From Fibrobacter succinogenes subsp. succinogenes S85 (GTDB taxonomy: Bacteria; Fibrobacterota; Fibrobacteria; Fibrobacterales; Fibrobacteraceae), in assembly GCF_000146505.1 (NCBI RefSeq), contig NC_017448.1, forward strand, positions 3,330,001-3,362,000: DNA of 32,000 nt, read 5' to 3'. The notes beneath the pieces were generated by a model, which worked only from the letters and a program-made list of their open reading frames with translations, ran no database searches and was not told where the DNA came from. This document shows, piece after piece, positions 15,986-23,354 of the stretch (position 1 is the stretch's first letter; every line of letters starts with the position of its first letter). Position numbers and translations under genes: made by a program.

Positions 15986-17542
15986 ATGACTGAAACGAGA
16001 AAACCATTCTTCTATGACGTAACACTGCGTGATGGTAACCAGGCTCTTCCGAAGCCTTGGAACAACGCCCAGAAAAAAGATGTTTATCTGTTGCTCTTGA
16101 AGCTCGGTGTGCAAGGTGCCGAAGTGGGTTTCCCTGCATCTAGCGAAATGGATTTCGAATCTGTCATGGAATTGGCTAAGCTCACCGCCCAGATGGCCGA
16201 AGAAGGTGACGAAGTTGCAAAGAACGTGGTCGTGTCTGGCCTCGCTCGCTGCATCGAAAGCGATATCCAGCGCTGCTGGGAAGCGGTTCAGTACGCCCCT
16301 CATCCGCGTATTCATACGTTCCTCGCCACAAGCCCCCTGTCCATGGAAAATGTGCTGCACATGACTCCGGAACAGGTCAAGGAAAAGGCCGTGAAGTGCG
16401 TGAAGTTTGCAAAGTCCTTGGTCGGCGACCGTGGCGACGTGGAATTCAGTGCTGAACATTTTGGCGACTGCCTCGAAAACATGGATTTTGTGATTGACGT
16501 TTTGAAGGCTGTTGTCGAAGCCGGTGCAACGACGATTAACCTGCCGAACACGGTGGAACGTTACCGTCCGAAGCTCTATGTGGATCAGGTCAAGCAGGTC
16601 TATGAAGCTCTGCCGAAGAACATTACGATTTCTGTGCACTGCCATAACGACCTCGGCATGGCAACGGCTGCAACCGTCGAAAGTTTCTTTGTCGGTGCAA
16701 CGCAGCTCGAAGTTGCTTTGAACGGCCTCGGCGAACGTTGCGGTAACACGAACTTCTACGAAGTCGCGATTGGCCTGCATAACTCCGGTGTCGATACGGG
16801 GCTGCATCTGGAACGCATTTACGAAACTGCAATTCTCGTGAGCCACTGGAGCGGCGTGCCTATATACATCCGCGCTCCGTTGATCGGTACTGAAGCTATC
16901 GTCCATCGCAGTGGCATCCATCAGGATGGCGCTTCCAAGACGAAGGACATGAAGAAGGGCGCTTACCGTCCGATTGATTACTCGATCATTGGTCGTAACC
17001 AGAACGATACGCTCAGCTTCACGAGCCAGAGCGGCCGTACCGCCGTGTACGAAATCATCACGAAGTTCGGCTACAAGATGACCTTGCAGGAAGCTTCCAA
17101 GTTGCAGCCGGTGCTGAAGCGCTTGAGCGAAGCCGAAGGCGAACTCAGTGCCGAACGCGTGCTCGACGTGTTCCGCGAACAGTTCGTCAACGTGAACGGT
17201 CGCCTGGTGTTCAACAACATCGAAGTTATCCCAGACGAAAACCGCTTCATTTTCCACTTCAAGAAGGATGGCGAAGCGCTTGTGAAGTCCGTGACGGCCG
17301 AAGGCCCGATTGAAGCAGCCCTTATGCTCATGCGTGAAATCGGCATGCCGGTTGAACTTGTGAAGTACCGCCAGCTTGTTGTTCCTGAAAAGGACAAGTT
17401 GTGGGCTGGTCGTGGCTTAAGCCGCATTGTGCTCAAGGCTAACGGCGAAGAAGTCGAAGGTCGCGGTGTCTCGAGCGATACGCTCAAGGCTAATATGCGT
17501 GCTCTCTTCGGCGGCGTGAACCTGATTTACAAGAAAGCATAA
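15986..17542 (+). CDS. leuA: 2-isopropylmalate synthase
   Basis: LRDGNQ and HCHNDLGMATA motifs, plus a C-terminal LeuA dimerisation/regulatory-type region. AAGGAGA lies 6 nt upstream of the ATG. Confidence 0.9.
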   Translation: MTETRKPFFYDVTLRDGNQALPKPWNNAQKKDVYLLLLKLGVQGAEVGFPASSEMDFESVMELAKLTAQMAEEGDEVAKNVVVSGLARCIESDIQRCWEAVQYAPHPRIHTFLATSPLSMENVLHMTPEQVKEKAVKCVKFAKSLVGDRGDVEFSAEHFGDCLENMDFVIDVLKAVVEAGATTINLPNTVERYRPKLYVDQVKQVYEALPKNITISVHCHNDLGMATAATVESFFVGATQLEVALNGLGERCGNTNFYEVAIGLHNSGVDTGLHLERIYETAILVSHWSGVPIYIRAPLIGTEAIVHRSGIHQDGASKTKDMKKGAYRPIDYSIIGRNQNDTLSFTSQSGRTAVYEIITKFGYKMTLQEASKLQPVLKRLSEAEGELSAERVLDVFREQFVNVNGRLVFNNIEVIPDENRFIFHFKKDGEALVKSVTAEGPIEAALMLMREIGMPVELVKYRQLVVPEKDKLWAGRGLSRIVLKANGEEVEGRGVSSDTLKANMRALFGGVNLIYKKA

Positions 17543-17561
17543 CGTTACGCGTAATTGAAAT

Positions 17562-17586
17562 GTCATGGCGGACTTGATCCGCCATC
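17562..17586 (+). repeat. GTCAT-anchored hairpin (REP-like) between leuA and the next gene
   Basis: GTC-ATGGCGGA-CTTGA-TCCGCCAT-C. Same layout as GTC-ATGCCCGC-CACTGA-GCGGGCAT-C at 28583..28608. Confidence 0.6.
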
Positions 17587-17618
17587 GCCTTCTTGTTGAG
17601 GGAATAAAGGAGAAAATT

Positions 17619-17981
17619 ATGTTAGAACAACTGAAACGCCCTTTCAAAAAAGTTTACGGCAAGGTGCGCTCCTATGTCAGCCGTTTTGTCGGACCCGTCA
17701 AGGATTCGGCGTCTAAGTTGTTCGCTCTGATTCCCGGATTCAAGGCTTTCGCCGGTTCCGAAGACTTGGCTAATGCTAACGATGCTGACGGCGCCGTAGA
17801 TGGTGAAAACGGCAAGGTTGCAAAGCCGGGCATTCGTGCTAAACTCAAAAGTTTCAAGCAGTCGCTCAAGGGCTTAAGCGATGTTCAAAAGCTGATTCTC
17901 TTGACTATCGCCGTCGTGCTCCCGGCGGGCATTGTCCTCGCGCTTGCCCTTGCAAGTTTCTTAAAAAAGCGCAAGAAATAA
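17619..17981 (+). CDS. small tail-anchored membrane protein, hypothetical
   Basis: ATG 17619 has AAGGAGA 6 nt upstream. 120 aa with a single C-terminal TM segment (LILLTIAVVLPAGIVLALALASFL) followed by KKRKK. Confidence 0.6.
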   Translation: MLEQLKRPFKKVYGKVRSYVSRFVGPVKDSASKLFALIPGFKAFAGSEDLANANDADGAVDGENGKVAKPGIRAKLKSFKQSLKGLSDVQKLILLTIAVVLPAGIVLALALASFLKKRKK

Positions 17982-18020
17982 ACACGTTGGCAGCGCACTT
18001 TTCAATTGCGCTCCTCATAT

Positions 18021-18048
18021 AAAGTCCGCCTTTGTGCGGATTTTTTTT
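18021..18048 (+). terminator. rho-independent terminator
   Basis: AAAGTCCGC-CTTTGT-GCGGA followed by TTTTTTTT. Confidence 0.75.
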
Positions 18049-18094
18049 GTCCAAATAAATTTTTGTATATTTACAAAATAAGGAAGGAGTGTTT

Positions 18095-19786
18095 ATGAAT
18101 AAACGCATTGCATATTTTTCTTTCGTCTGTATTCTTTTGTCTAGTCTCATCGCTTGTGGAGATGATGAATCAAATAATCCCATTGCAAATGATGTAGAAT
18201 CTTCATCATCCGAAATTCAAGATGACGACAAATCCAGTGACTCAAAATCCGTTAAATCAAGTTCGTCAGAAAAAGCGGCGATAAAGTCTAGCGATTCTCA
18301 AAAAAAGGAATCTAATTCATCTAGTAGTGAAACGAAAAAATCAAGTGATGCGAAATCTGGAACTGAAAGTTCTTCAAGCTCCGCAAAATCGTCAAGTAGC
18401 TCGTCGGATAAGAACGCCTCATCGAGTTCTTCAGAAATCAAGACCTATGCAGCCTCGAAGGTAAAACCCTCTGGTACTTACGATTGCAAAAAATACAAGT
18501 GCTTTACGACGGAATACCTGAATCAGAAAATGCTTGCCGCCGGGGATTATGGTGAAATCCTCGACGAAAGAGACAATCAGGTTTATAAGACTGTTATTAT
18601 TGACGATCAAGTATGGATGGCTCAAAACCTGAATTACGAAACGGCGTATAGCTATTGTACCGATGATGATTGTGCTAAGTATGGTCGTTATTATTTGTGG
18701 TCTGCCGCGGTAGATAGAAAGGACTGTGAACATGGTAATTTTTGTTCGCTGCCACCAAGTGGGCAAGGCGTGTGCCCTGCGGGCTGGCATTTGCCCTCGA
18801 AAGACGAGTATCTGAGATTGTTCGACAACGTTGGCAAGTACGGCGGTACCAATAATGAATTCGTCGCAGCAGAACTCCGTGCCCAGCGAGGATGGTCGGT
18901 TGAAGACAATGCTGATGATTATGGTTTTTCTGCGTTGCCTACGGGCTATAAGCTCGGTTCAGCAGGTGTTTTTGCTGATGTCGGAAAGACAACGCATGCA
19001 TGGACTTCTACAGAGGTAAACTCCATAGGTGCGTGTCAATTCAGAATTTATGAAGATCGTCTATATGTATCCTTGATTGACGATAGCAAGGGGTATCCTC
19101 TCCCTGTTCGTTGCGTTATGGATAAAGATTCTTTGCCTAAAATCCAAGCTCCTGCGCTGTATTTAGAACATGTTGACGAATGGTTAGGTGTGGTTTCTCG
19201 AGAGGAATACCTTAACCCTAATGTTATCTATGATTCTCTTGTGGATCCTCGAGATGGACAGGTTTATAAGACAAAGAAAATTGGCAAACAGGTTTGGATG
19301 GCTCAGAATTTGAATTATGCGGATAGCACAAAAACTCCAAGCCTTGCGAATGGAAGCTGGTGCTATAATGATGATCCTGAATACTGCAAGTTGCTAGGGC
19401 GCCTTTATAATTGGACTGCCGCAAAGGATGTCTGCCCGGATGGTTGGCATCTGCCGAGTTATGATGAATGGAATGTGCTAGAATCTAAATTTGGTGGACA
19501 AATTATGGCGGGGCAGTACCTTAAAGCTCAAGCGGGGAGCCTTTCTAATAATGGCGACGATGAATTTGGTTTTTCGGCTTTGCCTGCGGGTGGAAGATTT
19601 ATTGATGACAGCGAACATGATAAAGTCAATTATCTTTATTTGGGAGATAACGCCTTCTTTTGGAGCTCAACCCCAGAGAATGATGATTATGCATATCGTA
19701 TGAATATTCCTTATTCATCCAATACTACGAATATACGCTCTATAAAGCAAAAATACGGACATTCCGTCCGTTGCGTCAGAGACTGA
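18095..19786 (+). CDS. lipoprotein with two Fibrobacter succinogenes major paralogous domains
   Basis: ATG 18095 follows AAGGAAGGAG. Lipobox LIAC. Ser-rich linker. Two copies of the module D-RD-Q-YKT..I..QVWMAQNLNY..C...GR-Y-W.AA...CP-GWHLPS..E. (TIGR02145-like, as I recall it). Confidence 0.85.
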   Translation: MNKRIAYFSFVCILLSSLIACGDDESNNPIANDVESSSSEIQDDDKSSDSKSVKSSSSEKAAIKSSDSQKKESNSSSSETKKSSDAKSGTESSSSSAKSSSSSSDKNASSSSSEIKTYAASKVKPSGTYDCKKYKCFTTEYLNQKMLAAGDYGEILDERDNQVYKTVIIDDQVWMAQNLNYETAYSYCTDDDCAKYGRYYLWSAAVDRKDCEHGNFCSLPPSGQGVCPAGWHLPSKDEYLRLFDNVGKYGGTNNEFVAAELRAQRGWSVEDNADDYGFSALPTGYKLGSAGVFADVGKTTHAWTSTEVNSIGACQFRIYEDRLYVSLIDDSKGYPLPVRCVMDKDSLPKIQAPALYLEHVDEWLGVVSREEYLNPNVIYDSLVDPRDGQVYKTKKIGKQVWMAQNLNYADSTKTPSLANGSWCYNDDPEYCKLLGRLYNWTAAKDVCPDGWHLPSYDEWNVLESKFGGQIMAGQYLKAQAGSLSNNGDDEFGFSALPAGGRFIDDSEHDKVNYLYLGDNAFFWSSTPENDDYAYRMNIPYSSNTTNIRSIKQKYGHSVRCVRD

Positions 19787-19835
19787 TGGAATTGTGAATT
19801 AGGAAGTCGGATTTCAGAGAGCCTTTTGCATTTGC

Positions 19836-19843
19836 TAGATTTG
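19836..19843 (+). promoter_or_regulatory. TAnnTTTG promoter-like box 7 nt upstream of the aminotransferase ATG
   Basis: TAGATTTG-AGCTACC-ATG, with no Shine-Dalgarno sequence in between. Confidence 0.35.
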
Positions 19844-19850
19844 AGCTACC

Positions 19851-21176
19851 ATGCTTTCATCTCGACTTCCTAAAGATCTTTCTCCGTCGCCGTTCTTTGC
19901 TGAACTGGAACGCGCCAAGGCCGATGTTCTTGCTGAGTGCGCCGAAGCAAACTCGCTTCCGTTTATCGACATGACGGTGAGCTCGCCTGTGAAGGCTGGC
20001 TTGCCGGTGGATTTGGATGATGCGGTTGATGAAGGTCGTAAAGCTTTTGGCAACTGGAGTCCAGATGCGGCGGGTTGGAAATCGGCACGCGAGGCGGTGG
20101 TGGAGTATTACCGGCAGCGCGGTGGTAATTTTACCGCGGGGCAGATTATCCTTACTGCAAGTACGAGCGAAGCTTATTCTGTGCTTTTCAAGACGTTCTG
20201 CGATCCGGGCGATGTGATTTTGACGCCGATGCCAGGCTATCCGCTACTTGATACGCTTGCGCAGCTTGAACATTTGGAATGTGCACCGTACTTTTTGAAG
20301 TTGAAACGTGAGCGGTTCGACAAGCTCACCGACCTTAAAAAGGTCACTGAGCGGCGCTCTGCGCCAGCCGAAGTGAACGCGTTCCGCTTTGTTCTGGATT
20401 CCGATAGTTTGCTTGCGGCGCCGGAGCGTGCGAAAATTTTATTGCTCGTCTCGCCGCATAACCCGACGGGGCATTGCATCTCGCGTGAAGAATGGAACGA
20501 GGCGGTGCGATTCTGCGAAGAGAACAACATGATTCTCGTCGTTGATGAAGTTTTCGGTGATTACGCCTTCTCGGATAAAGTCTCACGCACTTGGCAATAC
20601 GTTTTTGACTCGTGTCATCCTGAGCGAAACGAAGTGGAGTCGATGGATCTCTGGGATGCGGGTGGAGGCGACTTTATCAATCTTCCCGAAGACGGTCCAA
20701 AATGCCCGATTTTCTGGCTGAACGGCTTAAGCAAAGCCGTTGGTTCGCCGCAGCTAAAGCTCGGCTGGATGGCATTCTACGCTCCGCGCGAAAATTTCGA
20801 AGAAATTCGCGCGGCTCTCGAATTCGTCGAAGACGCATACTTGAGCGTCTCTGCACCTGCGCAGGCACTTGGCATTTCGCTTTTGCCTAAGGCTTCTGCT
20901 TACGAATCTAAAGTCCTCGATCGCTTGCAACAAAATTGGCAGACGCTTCGCGAAGCGTTTCCGTCCAAGTATTGCCCTGAAGTTCTCGGCGGCTGGTACG
21001 CCGTTGTGCGTCTCGGCGATGACGACGAAGAACTCACGCTTCGCTTGTTGCGTGAAAAGCATGTGCTTGTGCAGCCTGGTTTCTTCTTTGACTTTGACGA
21101 AGACGGTTGGGTTGTGATGAGCTTGTTGCAAGACCCTGCGATTTTCAAAGAAGCGATTCAACGCATTAAGCAATAA
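19851..21176 (+). CDS. class I/II PLP-dependent aminotransferase carrying two insertion-like segments
   Basis: SPHNPTG, VVDEVFGDY, and the PLP-lysine motif LSKAVGSPQLKLGW. It is about 45-55 aa longer than canonical members because of extra segments near aa 150-177 and 252-282. Confidence 0.85.
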   Translation: MLSSRLPKDLSPSPFFAELERAKADVLAECAEANSLPFIDMTVSSPVKAGLPVDLDDAVDEGRKAFGNWSPDAAGWKSAREAVVEYYRQRGGNFTAGQIILTASTSEAYSVLFKTFCDPGDVILTPMPGYPLLDTLAQLEHLECAPYFLKLKRERFDKLTDLKKVTERRSAPAEVNAFRFVLDSDSLLAAPERAKILLLVSPHNPTGHCISREEWNEAVRFCEENNMILVVDEVFGDYAFSDKVSRTWQYVFDSCHPERNEVESMDLWDAGGGDFINLPEDGPKCPIFWLNGLSKAVGSPQLKLGWMAFYAPRENFEEIRAALEFVEDAYLSVSAPAQALGISLLPKASAYESKVLDRLQQNWQTLREAFPSKYCPEVLGGWYAVVRLGDDDEELTLRLLREKHVLVQPGFFFDFDEDGWVVMSLLQDPAIFKEAIQRIKQ

Positions 21177-21180
21177 CGCA

Positions 21181-21210
21181 AAAAAGCCCGCGCATCTTGC
21201 ACGGGCTTCT
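21181..21210. terminator. bidirectional terminator between the aminotransferase (+) and GH9 (-)
   Basis: AAAAA-GCCCGCGC-ATCTT-GCACGGGC-TTCT. Read on the minus strand, the stem is followed by TTTTTT. Confidence 0.7.
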
Positions 21211-21222
21211 AAATTCGATCAA

Positions 21223-21255
21223 ATTGCATCGAGTGCCGCGCACTCTTGCAATGAC
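21223..21255 (-). repeat. GTCAT-anchored long hairpin (REP-like)
   Basis: Minus strand reads GTC-ATTGCA-A-GAGTGC-GCG-GCACTC-GA-TGCAAT. The two-tier stem was verified by hand. Confidence 0.6.
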
Positions 21256-21307
21256 ATTTTCTACTAGTAACTATTGACTAATAACTGGTAACTGCGGCGG
21301 AGCCGCT

Positions 21308-23128
21308 TTAGTAATTATTCACCTTGAACGTCTTGGTGGCGTTCTTGGAGGTAACCTTGATGATCTGCATACCCTTATTCTTGAGGCTTACATTCAAGGT
21401 TGCTCCCTTGCTAGTGAATTCCTGATCAAGTTTGCCGTTAAGACCGAAAACCTGAACTTTGAACGGAACAGAATTTGCGCTGTTGATCGTAATCGAGGAA
21501 GTGCCGCGGACAATGCTGAATGCATTTGTATTCAAAACGCGACCAGAAATGATCCCTTCTTCTTGGTGCTTCTTTTCTTCTTCCTCTTTCTTTTTACGTT
21601 CCTCTTCTTCTTTCTTCTTCTGTTCTTCTGGGTCTTCAACGTCACTTGCGACCTTTTCCACAGGAGCCTTCTTGCTCAAGATGTAGCCGAGTGCGCCGAC
21701 GAGCGGAGCATTCAAGTCCACACAAACTTCGTTTACCTGCCAGTCTGCTGTAGAACCGTTGTGGCTGCCACTTGTGAAGTCGCCTGCAATCATGCCGCCC
21801 AAGAGCTTGTTCTTTTCCGGAGGAGAACCTGCGCCGTTCACATCGCGACCCGGGTCTTCGTTGCCGTAGTAGCCGCGGTGATGCGGTCTTGTCGGAGCGT
21901 TAGCGCCATTGCGGTTGAAACCGACAACGTAGGACTTCTTATTGCTGTTATCGCCGAGAAGGAATGCAATATTCTTTTCGATGGCTTCGTCATAAGAATC
22001 GTCTTGTGCAAACTTGGCGTAAAGGGCATAGAGGTATGCACCGCCTGCCGGAGAGCGAGTCGGGAATGTACCCGGGCCCTTGGCGTCCTTGTTGAAAATA
22101 CCCTTGCTGTCCGTGACGTTGAGGTACATGTTGTCGAGGTAGTTCTGCACGCCGGCGTAGTCACCGAGCGGGTTCCACCCGAAAACGAATTCGCCGAGAA
22201 GGTCCGAGAGCGGGCTTGCATCCGGGTAGCTAAAGCGGGAGAATCCGTTTTTGCCGAAGTCAATCTTGTCGTAGAAATTCTTGGCTTCGGTCTTGTAAGT
22301 TTCTTCCTTGGTCGTGCGGTAAAGTTCCAAGGCGGCAAGGAACGGACCGTCTTCCCAAATGCCGTTCCACCAGCTGCTTTCGTAGAATCCCTGGGAATTC
22401 GTAACGCCCTTGTGCTTCTTGGAATAGGCAAATGCAGTCTTTGCGGCCTTCAAGTACTTGGCGCGTGCTGATTCATCGGGGTCGATACGAGCCATCACGG
22501 CGAGCATTGCTGCAGCCATACCCGGCGTGTAGGCGTCATTGGCGTTTCCTGTGATTTCGCGCGGTTCGCCACCGTCACCAGTACCGAGCTTGCTCATGGC
22601 ACCTGCAGTCACCCACTTCATGTGGTCCTGGTTGCCGTTTCCCTTCACGGTCACGAAGTTGTTTTCGTCGATTGCTGCCTTGACCCAGAAATCGGCTTCA
22701 TAGCGGAGTTCTTCAAGGAGGTCACGCACGTCGTTAGGCTTGCCGCCCTTGCGGGTGTAATCCTTGCTAGCCTTATAGTCGGTGTAATCGCCAGTGTAGA
22801 GGTCGTAAAAGCCTGTCGTAAATTCGGCAAATGCGAGTGCCAAAACGTAAGAGGAGTAACCTTGGGACTGACCGTACATCACGTGGTCGCCGCAGTCGAA
22901 CCAACCACCGCTCACGTCTTTGCCGTTGTAGCTATCCTTTGTAAAGCTGGTCGGATTATTCGTGCCGTCCAAGATCCAGTTCGGACCTTGACCAGAGCGC
23001 TGCGCTCCAAAGAATCGTGTGGTCATCCATGCAGCTTCGACGTAATCGTCCGTGCTCAAAGCAGCAAAGCTATCGGTGAATGCGAGGCCAAATACAGCAA
23101 GGCCTGCTAAAAAAGACTTTTTTAACAT
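21308..23128 (-). CDS. GH9 endoglucanase with K/E-rich linker and T9SS-like C-terminal domain
   Basis: DCGDHVMYG, RPHHRGYY and NEVCVDLNAPLVG motifs of GH9. ATG 23128 has GAGG 6 nt upstream and gives the signal peptide MLKKSFLAGLAVFGLAFTDSFA. The linker is EEQKKKEEEERKKKEEEEKK. The last ~80 aa are CTD-like. Confidence 0.9.
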   Translation of the reverse strand: MLKKSFLAGLAVFGLAFTDSFAALSTDDYVEAAWMTTRFFGAQRSGQGPNWILDGTNNPTSFTKDSYNGKDVSGGWFDCGDHVMYGQSQGYSSYVLALAFAEFTTGFYDLYTGDYTDYKASKDYTRKGGKPNDVRDLLEELRYEADFWVKAAIDENNFVTVKGNGNQDHMKWVTAGAMSKLGTGDGGEPREITGNANDAYTPGMAAAMLAVMARIDPDESARAKYLKAAKTAFAYSKKHKGVTNSQGFYESSWWNGIWEDGPFLAALELYRTTKEETYKTEAKNFYDKIDFGKNGFSRFSYPDASPLSDLLGEFVFGWNPLGDYAGVQNYLDNMYLNVTDSKGIFNKDAKGPGTFPTRSPAGGAYLYALYAKFAQDDSYDEAIEKNIAFLLGDNSNKKSYVVGFNRNGANAPTRPHHRGYYGNEDPGRDVNGAGSPPEKNKLLGGMIAGDFTSGSHNGSTADWQVNEVCVDLNAPLVGALGYILSKKAPVEKVASDVEDPEEQKKKEEEERKKKEEEEKKHQEEGIISGRVLNTNAFSIVRGTSSITINSANSVPFKVQVFGLNGKLDQEFTSKGATLNVSLKNKGMQIIKVTSKNATKTFKVNNY

Positions 23129-23354
23129 TGTCATCCTCTAAGGTTTCCCATCCACACTGTAGCGTCCACAATATAAAATTTTATGGAAAATTTTCACGCA
23201 AAATAAAATTCACTTTTGGGGAATATATCAAAATGCGCCGTTTATGTAACTTTTTCAATGCAATGAAAAAATATGTTGCGAAAAATTGACAAACGTTTTA
23301 TATTAATCTTTAGTGTGGGGCTATTGTTTAGCCCTTTTTGTGGTGGGATGTTTT

